Assembly: GCA_965203805.1 (NCBI GenBank)
Contig: OZ241917.1
Span: 2,528,001 to 2,592,000 of the forward strand
Direction: 5' to 3'
DNA length: 64,000 nucleotides
Source of the DNA: Candidatus Latescibacterota bacterium
Lineage (GTDB): Bacteria > Latescibacterota > UBA2968 > GCA-2709665
How positions within the stretch are numbered: position 1 is the first letter of the stretch; each line of letters begins with the position of its first letter. Shown here one piece after another: positions 50,837-60,544 of this stretch. The notes beneath the pieces were generated by a model that saw only the letters and a list, made by a program, of their open reading frames with translations, made no database searches and was not told the DNA's origin. The translations under genes were made by a program, and so were the position numbers.

Positions 50837-51527
50837 ATGAAGCGGGAGATTCTATCACAGCTTTATGCGCTCATCGAAACTGGCTGGCGACTGACAGAGT
50901 CATTTAAGCTGAATAGACTCGAATTCAAGTCAGACGCACCGGAAGCCGAGCTCAGAGCATTCGTCACGACATCGCTTGCTGCAATCGAACGGATCGTAGG
51001 TACGGGCAGTCATTACTACGAATGCATTCCGCAATAGCAAGAACGCCTTTTGTCTCCTCTTGCTGTTGACAGCTATCAATCAATCACCGGTCCAAACCTG
51101 CATTTGATCCCAACCGTGACAGGCGCACTAATCGCCATTCTCGATGCTGTTGGATCAAGGACTGCTGGAATCGCTTGAATCCAAATTGCGAACCAACATT
51201 CACGACGACTTTCTGGTACAGGCATCAGAGCTACTGCACGCCGATTTTCATGTTGCGGCAATGGTGCTCATCGGAGGCGTTCTCGAAAACCATTTATGAA
51301 AAATCGTCGTCTCATTCGGCCTTACGTTACCGAAGAAGGGAAGTATTTCAAATTACAACGACCTGCTTCGAGAGAATCCGTATAGTCAATCCGTGTGGCG
51401 CCGCATCCAATCCATCGGTGACCTGCGCAACGATGCGGCGCACGGCGAGTGTTCGACACTTGACCCCGAGGATGCCAAAGATGCCCATCGTTTCGTGCAA
51501 CGATTTGTCGCGGATCACCCGACGTGA
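50837..51527 (+). pseudogene. HEPN (DUF4145-like) protein pseudogene
   Basis: AAMVLIGGVLENHL and LRNDAAHG across two internal stops and a frameshift. Confidence 0.7.
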
Positions 51528-51781
51528 TTACGGCTGGAAATCGTCAGACCGGGCGGGTTGCCCGCGTGCGTGAAGGAGCGGTTCGAAAAAAACAGAGAAA
51601 GAGGAGGAATCCCCGTTCCGATAGCTCTTCCGGCGCACGCGTACGGATATCGATCTAAGGCCACTTCCGAGCAACTCAACAATCGAGTTTATGTGAACCA
51701 CGGATAAAAATAGGGCACAAGGCGACGAATTCTGGCGTGATGTGGAGGAGCAACCCAGGCCGAAATACGGAGGGAAAGATA

Positions 51782-52180
51782 ATGATCGAAATCAGTGAGA
51801 ATTACTGGGAAAACATGATTGGTGTTCTGTTGGCGTTCGCGTTGCTGGCTTTGACGATCGAACGAGCGCTCTACCAGGTCTTCGACTCGAAACTCTGGGG
51901 ACTCATCGAAAGAAAATTGGATGAGCAGGTAGGTGGTGATTACCTGGACCTGAAGCCCTGGATTTCTGTGGCTGTCTCGGTGATAATCACCTTTCGCCTA
52001 CAAGTGGACTTCATCGCGGTCGTCCTTGAAAGACAAAACGTTGAATTCCTTTCGATGGTACTAACAGGATTGTTTATTTCCGGTGGAAGTACGGGAATCT
52101 ACAAGTTCCTGAAGCGCGCGAGGAAACTCAAGGACGCTGCGGTACCCACCTCCGCCGCTTCCGGCGGCGACTCCCCCTGA
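51782..52180 (+). CDS. Small membrane protein (about 3 TM)
   Basis: Three hydrophobic segments, LTGLFISGGS, basic C-terminal tail. Confidence 0.65.
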   Translation: MIEISENYWENMIGVLLAFALLALTIERALYQVFDSKLWGLIERKLDEQVGGDYLDLKPWISVAVSVIITFRLQVDFIAVVLERQNVEFLSMVLTGLFISGGSTGIYKFLKRARKLKDAAVPTSAASGGDSP

Positions 52181-52966
52181 CGGGGGCAGTGATTGTGAGG
52201 TGAGTGCGCGCCAGCCGGTGTCGAATGCCTCCACAGAGTGGAGTGATCCCGAGGTGTCGCTGGGCGGCTCGTTCACAGTGCTGTTCAACCCGGCTGATCG
52301 ACTCGTCACTTGTATGCGGCGTCCCAATCCTGTAGATTGTATCGTCGCGGCCATACGATAGATGGACCCTCCATCAACCGGCAATCAGCCGCTATTGAAA
52401 CCGACAAATGGACGATAACCGTTCCCTGTTCCCGCGCTTGATGGAACTCGAGAGCCGGGAGGCCCTAGCCGACGAGCAGCAAGCAGAAATACCGACTGAC
52501 GGACACGGATAGGTTTTCTTGTTAACTGACGTATACTACATATGCTATTTCGAAAATTTAGGGGCAATCCTAACGATTGCCCCTAATGGTTATGGCGCGC
52601 TGGTCTCACCAGACTATCTTAGAAAGTAACCCTTCCAACTTTTCTAAGATGACCAGAACTCTGGTTGCAATAGAGCTCCAGCGCCACCATGGTCTGCCGT
52701 TCTTCATGGCAACCTCCAGAAGTGAAGGCGGAAGTCACCATACTCTTTGCCTTAACTATATTGAAAATTGGACTTGACGCGTCCTTTCTTATATACTATC
52801 TTTTTCTCAAAGAGTATGGCGGCTTAGATCCGCCAGTGATCGCCGGCCTGGCTTCCATTATGCGAAGTCAGGCCGGCTGGGGTTTTGGGGTCTACTCTAA
52901 AGATAAAAATTCTCGCTGAGCTTGACAAGCAACAGTTCGTTCGAAAAGGAAGTAGAAATCATATAA

Positions 52967-53503
52967 TTAGGTCTCAATTTCTCCAATTGAATCATCAACA
53001 CTGCCCCGCGGATGATCTCTTCTTAGCCTTTCCTCCTCTTCTTTTTCAATTTCTTCATTCTCTATTTCAGCGATTCTCTGATTTTCGAGATGATAGGCGG
53101 CTTCGGCATCATCCATGGGCAAATAATATCGACCTGCAGGATCTTTGTCTAATCGTCCTTTTTGCTTTTCACGTGAAAGAAATGCTCTAAAATAATCTCT
53201 TGAATAAGGAAATTCACGGCCGTTTGCTTTATAGAATTCAATGAGTTCCTGATAAAATTCAGCTGTGTATAGGGCACTGTGAATAATGAACAATTGCCGG
53301 ATTGCATATCGAAGATAATTCGCATTGGATATTTCTTTTGCTATGTGTTTCGTTGGGGATTCTGTGACTTTTCCAGAGTCTGTTGTATCCTGAGCAAACA
53401 GACTCGGTTGATAACGGCTACGTATCAATCGCTGTATAGCCCTCAATTCTCTCTTTGCTGCTCTCTCAGCCGCTAGTAAATGACTTAATACAGAATCAGC
53501 CAT
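52967..53503 (-). CDS. Hypothetical protein, possible winged-helix
   Basis: GGGGAG RBS; TTGACA-N17-TATATT promoter at about 53559-53531; helix plus GRYYL wing, acidic tail. Confidence 0.6.
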   Translation of the reverse strand: MADSVLSHLLAAERAAKRELRAIQRLIRSRYQPSLFAQDTTDSGKVTESPTKHIAKEISNANYLRYAIRQLFIIHSALYTAEFYQELIEFYKANGREFPYSRDYFRAFLSREKQKGRLDKDPAGRYYLPMDDAEAAYHLENQRIAEIENEEIEKEEEERLRRDHPRGSVDDSIGEIET

Positions 53504-53596
53504 GACATTTTCTCCCCTTTGTGATTCAAAATATATCGGTTCTTCTCATGATTGTCAAGGAAAATATCACATATGATTCAAATCGTAGCTTTAGGT

Positions 53597-54190
53597 TGTT
53601 AGTGATCGCCCACATGCGGCGACTGGCAGGATCGGTCTAATCAGGCCAGTTGAAGATCGGCCTAATGCGGCCACCTGGGATGCGATATAGGTTTCGGACT
53701 ATCCGGCAACGGTTCTACCTTCTTTCTGTCTCCCCGACAGTCAGGAGCGAAAAACATCCAGGAGCGAAAAACATCGCAAACCGGAGGATCGAGACGTGTC
53801 AGTATCGCCGGATATTGACGCGTATGCGGTTGGCCGAGTCGGACCGTGCGATCGCCCGTTCAGGGTTGATGGGTCGCGAGAAGGCAGGCGCTTCGTGAAT
53901 TGGCGGTCCGTTAGAGATGGCTGGATGCTTCTCGCGTGTTGCCTGATGATGCGCTCCCTACCCAAGTTGTACAGGCTGCTTCCTCGCGGCAACAGTCGAG
54001 GTCGTCGGTCTTACCCTGCGAGGACAAGGTCTCGGCATGATGCCGTCAGGGTTTCCGTGACACGGTCATACACTAGGCGTTGGTGGACACCTGCGGCTAA
54101 ACCGGCTTGTATTCCTCCAGCCGTCGTTTTCTCCAGCAACTCGCCCCCGACCGCGCGTTCTTCAATCTGGACGAGCATAACTGTTTTCGG
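53597..54190 (+). pseudogene. istA: IS21 left end remnant 5 with decayed istA 5' region
   Basis: Same terminal repeats, then ANRRIETCQYRRILTRMRLAESDRAIARSGLMGR...LPDD...YSSSRRFLQQL with stops and frameshifts. Confidence 0.75.
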
Positions 54191-54397
54191 ACCGCCCGGA
54201 CCGATCCCTCCGGTTTCGTCGCCATCCTGCCGGTGGCAGTGACACTGGAGCGGCACGGTCTGGGAGATGTGCGCAGTGTATAGCAACATCCACTTTCCCA
54301 ACCGAACCCGGTATCAAATTTCGTCTCTATTACACTGGGCAGATCAGGACCCATTGCGATGACGTGCGTGCCAGTTCAACAATTGAAAGAAGGAACG

Positions 54398-55354
54398 ATG
54401 CCGCGTCTGTACAGCCGCCAGCGCCTGCTGCTGGGTTTGCTTGGCGCGATTGGCGGGGACGCAAGCAATACGGACTTTCAGAAGCTTCTATTTCTCTACT
54501 GTAAAGGGCTTTCGTCACACCGGGCAACTGAGACACCTCAAGGACTCTACGAATTTGTCCCCTACCATTATGGCGCATTCTCGTTCACCAGCTATGCGGA
54601 CCGCCGCCGCCTGGCGGATTGGGGGCTGCTCGCGGATGACGACCAGAAATGGGTCCTGACAGAAGGCGGGAGTAATATCGCACGAGATTCAGAAGCCAGT
54701 TCGATGCGTTCGTTCGCGCATCAATATCGAGGCGTTCGAGGGGATGCGCTCATTGCGGATACCTACCGGCGGTATCCGTATTATGCGATACGCAGTGAAA
54801 TCGCCGAGCAGGTCTTGCAGGACGATCGGCGGACACTTGATCGGATCGAATCCACGCGTCCCGAAACAACACCGTCGCGGCTATTCACAATCGGTTACGA
54901 AGGACGAACGCTGGAATCTTATCTCAATCTGCTTATTCGCGAAGGCGTGACCCTACTGTGTGACGTGAGACGGAACGCGATCAGCCGTAAGTACGGGTTT
55001 TCCAAGACCACACTTGAACGGGCCTGTTCAGGTGTTGGAATTCGTTACCAACATCTTCCGGAGCTTGGGATTGAGTCCCGTCGACGTCGAGGTCTCAAGA
55101 CGGAAGCGGATTTCAAGGACCTTTTCGAGGCCTATAAGCAGACGGTCCTGCCAGATCAGGGCGATGCCCTGGGAAGAATTCGCGACTGGTTGCGGTCCGG
55201 CGAATCGGTAGCACTCACCTGTTTCGAACTTGAGGCCGGCCAGTGCCATCGTCATTGCGTCGCCAATGCGCTCGAAAAGTTCACCGATCAGAACCACCCT
55301 TCAGATGGAGACGCTCGCCCCTTCTTCCCCCACGGTGGCGTAAAACACCTTTGA
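54398..55354 (+). CDS. DUF488 family protein with N-terminal wHTH, copy 1
   Basis: FQKLLFL..YEFVPYHYGAFS N-domain; LFTIGYEG, DVRRNAISRKYGFSK, CFE...CHR. Confidence 0.88.
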   Translation: MPRLYSRQRLLLGLLGAIGGDASNTDFQKLLFLYCKGLSSHRATETPQGLYEFVPYHYGAFSFTSYADRRRLADWGLLADDDQKWVLTEGGSNIARDSEASSMRSFAHQYRGVRGDALIADTYRRYPYYAIRSEIAEQVLQDDRRTLDRIESTRPETTPSRLFTIGYEGRTLESYLNLLIREGVTLLCDVRRNAISRKYGFSKTTLERACSGVGIRYQHLPELGIESRRRRGLKTEADFKDLFEAYKQTVLPDQGDALGRIRDWLRSGESVALTCFELEAGQCHRHCVANALEKFTDQNHPSDGDARPFFPHGGVKHL

Positions 55355-55440
55355 CCGATGCGATCAAACAACGCATCCTGGTTACCGCAAAAAACCTACT
55401 CGACGCTTTCAAGGAAATATGGCGAAGCTGTCTGCATAGG
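55351..55440 (+). pseudogene. Truncated DUF488 partner gene
   Basis: QRILVT.KTYSTLSRKYGEAVC with frameshift; homologous to 63008. Confidence 0.6.
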
Positions 55441-55606
55441 TCGGCTTTGTGACGTGATGAACCTCTTTTCTTCTGATCGAAATAAAAAGAAGATGGGTGT
55501 CCCGATATTAGCCATTGCCCAGTTTTTCATTATTAAATATATTCCTGATGTGAAATGAAATTCCGATACACTCGGAAATATCGGCCAACAATTGGGGTAT
55601 TTTATA

Positions 55607-56158
55607 ATGACAATAACTCCACCGAGATTTAATTCCGACAAGACTTGTGTAGTGGCTGCTTATCTGGTTCAATTGGCGGGCGGCAAATTGGATATGTACA
55701 CATTGATTAAATTGCTTTACATAATGGACAGAGAAGCCTATAAGAGATGGTGTCACGCAGTGACGTTTGATTCATATGTTTCGATGCCATTTGGTCCTGT
55801 TGTGAGTAAGACTTATGATATATTGAAAGGCGAAATAGAAGATCCACTCTGGACTGAGTATTTCCACGAGCGCAAGAATAACACCATTTTTCTTAAAAAG
55901 GAGAACCCAGATTTTGGACTTATGTCGAGAGCGGAAGAGGAACTTGCCCAAGAGCTCTATGAGATTTACGGAAAAATGGATTTCGATAGTCTCTGCGAAA
56001 TCACACACAAATTCGCAGAGTATGAAGATCCGAAAGGTAGTTCGTTACCCATTACAATCAATAGTATCCTGAATGCCGTAATGGATGATGAAGAACAAAT
56101 CAAATCAGCGGTTGAAGAACTACATACCCAGGTTTGCCATGAGAGGATATTCGGCTAG
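55607..56158 (+). CDS. Panacea (SocA/DUF4065) antitoxin
   Basis: LIKLLYIMDRE, SMPFGPV, LCEITH..EY. Confidence 0.85.
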   Translation: MTITPPRFNSDKTCVVAAYLVQLAGGKLDMYTLIKLLYIMDREAYKRWCHAVTFDSYVSMPFGPVVSKTYDILKGEIEDPLWTEYFHERKNNTIFLKKENPDFGLMSRAEEELAQELYEIYGKMDFDSLCEITHKFAEYEDPKGSSLPITINSILNAVMDDEEQIKSAVEELHTQVCHERIFG

Positions 56159-56163
56159 GCAAT

Positions 56164-56730
56164 ATGTGTCTGAAACCAGGCAGCGCGGCGATTTTACATG
56201 ACACATTTTACAGTAACAAACCCCATTTGTTTATTGTGATTTCTGAACCATTGGGTGACAAGAAAGATGTCATAGTTGTCAATGTCAATTCCTGGAACTC
56301 TAATTGCGATGAGACGACGATTTTGTGTGTTGGCGACCATCCGTTTATCAATCGTAAGTCATATATTAACCTTAATGCGACAAAATCAGCAACGCGGCGT
56401 CGCGACAAAACCTTTCGAATTGGGCCGAAAAGGTCGTCCGGAAGGACATTTTTTCCGTTCACGTCCAGTGACCTGAAGGATCATAGAAATCAGCAGTTAA
56501 ATCACCTTTATTTACTTGCACATATTCGAATTAACGTCCCCGAATAATGACGAATCAAGGTTAACTACAGACTCGCCGAAAGTCTCGAATACTGCAAAGT
56601 AGCTTTAGCATTTCGTAGGGGGAAAACACAGGACGCTGTAAAACCTGAGGTACTTAAACGTATTCAAATGGGTCTCATTAATTCGCCAAAAACACCGAGA
56701 TATCTTATTGAACTCTACAATCAAGCGTAA
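56164..56730 (+). pseudogene. Putative toxin (PemK/MazF-like) interrupted by MITE
   Basis: Removing 56370-56564 restores a 123-aa ORF: KPHLFIVIS...GDHPFINRKSYINYRLAE...VLKRIQMGLINSPKTPR. Confidence 0.75.
56370..56560. mobile_element. 191-bp MITE, copy 2
   Basis: IR CCTTAATGCGAC / GACGAATCAAGG; perfect TTAA duplication at 56366-56369 and 56561-56564. Confidence 0.88.
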
Positions 56731-56860
56731 ACGTCCAAATACTCACATACCTGAGCCGAGATCCTCTAATATTTCGGCATTTTCAATACCATCTTATGCT
56801 CTTGTGCCATTTGCGAGACACCTGTGCTTTACTTGAAACCCCTACATACTCCCCGACACA

Positions 56861-56890
56861 AAAACACCCTCCTTTTCAGGAGGGTGTTTC
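56861..56890. terminator. Hairpin terminator
   Basis: AAACACCCTCCT-TTTC-AGGAGGGTGTTT. Confidence 0.65.
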
Positions 56891-56947
56891 TATTTCACCG
56901 ATTGAATTTGTTCGAATTTCGAGGCATTTTGCCGCGAGCAAATAAAC

Positions 56948-57202
56948 CTCCTGGGCGACTTCTTCCCCGATCCCGTTCTGGCCACCGCCCTGCTGGACCG
57001 ACTCCTCCATCATGCCACCACCATCTCCATCCGCGGAGACAGCTACCGCCTGCGACACCGCAGAAACGCAGGACTGTCTATACACACCCAACTGCACACC
57101 TGAAAAAGGACCTGATCATGCCACCCTGATCCACGCTACATCCTGTCTATTGTGTCCAATTTTATACCGGTGCTTTTGTCAAAAACAAAACCGGTGTTGA
57201 CA
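56948..57202 (+). mobile_element. istB: IS21 right-end remnant with istB C-terminus
   Basis: FPDPVLATALLDRLLHHATTISIRGDSYRLR; end ...ACCGGTG...ACCGGTGTTGACA. Confidence 0.85.
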
Positions 57203-57400
57203 CCTGGACGATCGGGTTTATACTTCCGGTCCTGGCATCGGTGGAATACTTGCGCGGTCTGGTCAGAGTAACTACGATCAATACAAAAGATCCGAAGCAA
57301 GTAACGACAGGACCACCACTTGAATAGCCGGTTTACGAGATACCTCCTTGGATAAGCGTCTATTTAAAAGAGAAAGAACCAATATTGCCAAGTACGCTAA

Positions 57401-58012
57401 TTATCTTTGCTTGAATTCTACCGGCAGGAAATTTGTGGTCGGGAGTGGATAATATTCTTCATTCTCCAATAAATACCATCCAAGCGAGTTACTATCGTTA
57501 TCTCTCACTTGAATCCACAATTCCCATTGACCACGTCGAAGTTCCTTCAATGGTAACTTTTTAAATGGTGTGGGATCGCGTGCGAGGTATTCTGCACAAA
57601 TCACATGGTCATTTATTCGCCAAAACTCCCAACGCTCAGCTCGATATTGAAGATATTCAAGTATATCACCTTCTACGAATTTTAAGGTACTGATTTTCAT
57701 TCTATCGCCCCAATAATCATCTAACGACAGATAATATATGTTGCCATACACAGCACCATAAGCCACACCAGAGACTCGTGCAAGATATAATCCTGAGAAA
57801 ACAGTTCTGTATCGAACCTTGCCAAATTTTATCGTATCCCCCTGGGCCGGTTTAATAATACGTGAAATCTTAGCATACGTCATAGGTGCGCCTCGCAAGA
57901 TCATCGAATCGCCTGAAGCCGTGATTATTGGAAGATACTCACTTGGAAACATTTCAGATTCAAAGGCGAAACCAAGTCGTGACACAAGAATAATAATCAA
58001 TACATGCCACAT
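57401..58012 (-). CDS. Hypothetical secreted protein
   Basis: AT-rich ORF; MWHVLIIILVSRLGFA signal after AAGGAG. Confidence 0.6.
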   Translation of the reverse strand: MWHVLIIILVSRLGFAFESEMFPSEYLPIITASGDSMILRGAPMTYAKISRIIKPAQGDTIKFGKVRYRTVFSGLYLARVSGVAYGAVYGNIYYLSLDDYWGDRMKISTLKFVEGDILEYLQYRAERWEFWRINDHVICAEYLARDPTPFKKLPLKELRRGQWELWIQVRDNDSNSLGWYLLENEEYYPLPTTNFLPVEFKQR

Positions 58013-58297
58013 ATAATCTCCTTCCCAAACCCCTGGGCTAATCGCAACAGCCCAGAGACTTGTGTTTAAATGGGGAGAGGTACCACCAGGAGGACAATTT
58101 CGGCCATCCCTGCCTCTCCTACGACCCATTGTTGCCATACCCATTTTCTATATATAGTCTCAGCAGAGCCAACAGATACGACCCATTTACTCCCTTATGA
58201 TAGTTCTTGAGTTTAAACCCCCTACGTGCCAATATAGAGTAAGACAACTCCCCCTCCGAGATTAATGTCGTATATTGGGCGGAGAGGAGGGCACGAG

Positions 58298-58720
58298 ATG
58301 AGGTCAAGAATCGACGTTGGAGACAACGGCACCAAGAGGTCGGATCCAGAGGTGCCGGCGCGTGCGAAGCGTCGCCGGTTCACCGCTGGGTACAAGCTTC
58401 GCATCCTGGAAGAGGCGGACGCTTGCCGGGCCCCTGGTGAAGTTGGCGCGCTGCTGCGTCGCGAAGGGTTGTATTCCTCGCAGTTGACCCAGTGGCGTCG
58501 TGCGCGTCGGGAGGGGTCGCTCAAGGCGCTGTCCAAGCCGCGGGGACCGAAGGGGCGTCGTCGTGACAAGGTCGCCGTCGAGAACGAGCAACTGCGCAAG
58601 GAAAACGCCCGTTTGCGTCGACGACTGGAACAGGCGAACACCATCCTCGAGATCCAAAAAAAAGCCTCCGAGATCCTGGGCATCCCCCTGAACCGTCCGC
58701 CGGACGACGACGACGTATGA
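58298..58720 (+). mobile_element. IS3-family OrfA; orfB lost
   Basis: RRRFTAGYKLRIL..GALLRREGLYSSQLTQWR..QKKASEILG; left end near 58227; cut by IS21 end at 58726. Confidence 0.85.
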
Positions 58721-58725
58721 TACGT

Positions 58726-58912
58726 CGTTAATGATCGCCCATATGCGGCCACTGCAGGATCGGCATAATGAGGCCACCTGGTATGAGATTAGGGTTTAGG
58801 ACTTTCCGGCAACGGTTCTACCTTCTGAGTGTCTCCCCGGCATTCAAGAGGGAAGAACATGGCAAACCGGAGGTTCGAGACGTATCAGTATCGCCAGGTA
58901 TTGACGCGTATC
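58726..58912 (+). mobile_element. IS21 left end remnant 6 with istA start
   Basis: Terminal repeats, then MANRRFETYQYRQVLTR, truncated. Confidence 0.8.
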
Positions 58913-59195
58913 TCTTCCGCTGGCCGAAAAATTAGAAAATTAGCTAAGAGTCATGCAAAATAACATCCGACTACAACACCTACCAAGCGTACCCCATAGA
59001 TCCTCCCTCGATGTTTAGTTTCGCCCTGGTACTTTTTCCTATTGACACCCACGGATACTATGTTACTTTTAACGGTACTTCCCCATGCGACTACTATTTG
59101 AACATGCTGGACGCTGTATAGGCCGCTGCATAGATACCGCGGGTAGGCCTTCCCCTGTTCAAACATTCACTTTTACCAGAGGATAGGGGACGGCC

Positions 59196-59597
59196 ATGAG
59201 ACCATTTTCCTTTTTGCGTAGTACGAAACCGAAGATACCTGTCCTCACAATTGCCGTCAGGAGAGAGATAAAGCACGATCCAAAAACCGGAGAATACTGG
59301 GCTACATGTCCTGCGCTCCCCGGTCTCCTTGAGGTCGGAAATTCAGAAGAGCAGCTCGAATCTCGTCTGACGGAAGGTATTTTCTTTTACTTTGAGTCCC
59401 TCTGTAGGGACGGTTTGCCTATTCCGGCGGGACCTGACTGTATTGTAAAAGTCGACGGAGCACCAGTGGCATTTGGCGGAGGACAGGTCGTCGAGATGCC
59501 CAAGAATAAACACTCCTCGCAAGACTGGGCGACCGCCAAATGGCCTATTCCAAAGATGCCAGACAACAGCTTGGAAGCATTACTCCAAACCGTATAG
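59196..59597 (+). CDS. hicB: HicB-family antitoxin
   Basis: YWATCPALPGL..GNSEEQ...EGI..Y...GLPIP. Confidence 0.8.
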   Translation: MRPFSFLRSTKPKIPVLTIAVRREIKHDPKTGEYWATCPALPGLLEVGNSEEQLESRLTEGIFFYFESLCRDGLPIPAGPDCIVKVDGAPVAFGGGQVVEMPKNKHSSQDWATAKWPIPKMPDNSLEALLQTV

Positions 59598-59866
59598 TCA
59601 AGGGTCTTAAAAGTGACAATTGGGATCGTCAATTTACAAGAAGCGCACGACAAGCTTTCGTTAAGGACGGAAGACGAGTCACAGTTCACGTTCATCCAAA
59701 ACCGTACGTCAGTATAGGGCTAATAGAAGATATACTGTGTCGCCAAATTGGATGGACAGAGGAAGACCTCATACGTCTCGGCTTCCTTAAAGGGAAACAT
59801 TTCAAGAGGAAGAAGAAAGACAAAGCGAAAAAACCTCCTCTCGAATCTCCAACCCACACTGAATAG
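59540..59866 (+). CDS. hicA: HicA-family toxin
   Basis: IVKGLKSDNW..RVTVHVHPK..IGLIEDIL..IGWTEEDL; canonical GSH replaced by SAR. Confidence 0.7.
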   Translation: MAYSKDARQQLGSITPNRIVKGLKSDNWDRQFTRSARQAFVKDGRRVTVHVHPKPYVSIGLIEDILCRQIGWTEEDLIRLGFLKGKHFKRKKKDKAKKPPLESPTHTE

Positions 59867-59882
59867 AAAGATAAATGCCAAA

Positions 59883-59915
59883 AAGACCGACCTCTCGGGC
59901 GGTCCTTTTTTTATT
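59883..59915 (+). terminator. Rho-independent terminator
   Basis: GACCG-ACCTCTCGGG-CGGTC followed by a T-tract. Confidence 0.6.
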
Positions 59916-59943
59916 TTCAGGTGTACTCGTGCAAGCCCTCGAT

Positions 59944-60008
59944 TGTTAATGATCGCCCATATGCGGTCACTGCAGGATCGGCATAATCAGGCCACCTGGT
60001 TACAATTG
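59944..60008 (+). mobile_element. IS21 left end remnant 7
   Basis: TGTTAATGATCGCCCATATGCGGTCACTGCAGGATCGGCATAATCAGGCCACC. Confidence 0.78.
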
Positions 60009-60217
60009 AATCCCCCCACCGCATCAGCCTTCGCCGGTCCTTCGACCCTTCGACAGGCTCAGGGCAGCGGCTCAAGGACCGGCTCGGGCAAGGGCGGTTC
60101 TCGAACCGCCCCTACAACAAGAATCGCGCGTCGGTCCTGGCGATGACGGTGTTCGACGGATCAGCTTTACCCGATACCGTGCAAGCCCATTCGCAATGAC
60201 GCGCCGTCGATAACCGG

Positions 60218-60544
60218 TCACTCCGAAAAATCGTCGAGTGACGCAATGCCCGTCAGCGCCACCGGCGGTCGGTCCGGAAACTCCGCCACCAGACTCAATT
60301 TCCCGCCCATAGCCTCGACATAGCCACTGAGGGTGGAAATCAACAGATCACTGCGCTGTTCAAGGCGGGACACGTTCTCCTGATTGATCCCAAGCTTCTC
60401 GGCGACCCGCACCTGCGTATGTTTTCGAGCCTTACGCAAATCTCGTAACGACATCTCGTCGGCGATCAGAGCCCGGGCCCGTTCTTCGATTTTCTTCCGT
60501 CGGGACGGGGGCAGCTTGTCCATTCTGTCTGTCAGAGCACTCAT
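60218..60544 (-). CDS. higA: XRE/HigA antitoxin
   Basis: LRDLRKA..TQVRVAEKLGINQENVSRLEQRSDLLISTL. Confidence 0.85.
   Translation of the reverse strand: MSALTDRMDKLPPSRRKKIEERARALIADEMSLRDLRKARKHTQVRVAEKLGINQENVSRLEQRSDLLISTLSGYVEAMGGKLSLVAEFPDRPPVALTGIASLDDFSE

Noticed and set aside
56164-56547. 127-aa ORF as an intact gene
   Set aside because: Its C-terminal half is translated MITE sequence, also seen at 13602-13792
56948-57202. Right end pairing with the 53597 left end as one composite transposon
   Set aside because: Terminal repeat sequence (ACCGGTG type) differs from the GATCGGCC..GGCCAC type, so it is a different IS21 member
58020-58220. Second MGR-start small ORF plus CCCTGGGCT hairpin resembling 32188-32409
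   Set aside because: Similarity is limited to a few codons and a stem; no stop before the downstream gene, so homology cannot be supported
30298-60008. GATCGGCCTAATGCGGCCAC repeats as a CRISPR array
   Set aside because: Only 2-3 units per site with 3-6 bp gaps, no spacers and no cas genes; they lead into istA, so they are IS21 terminal repeats
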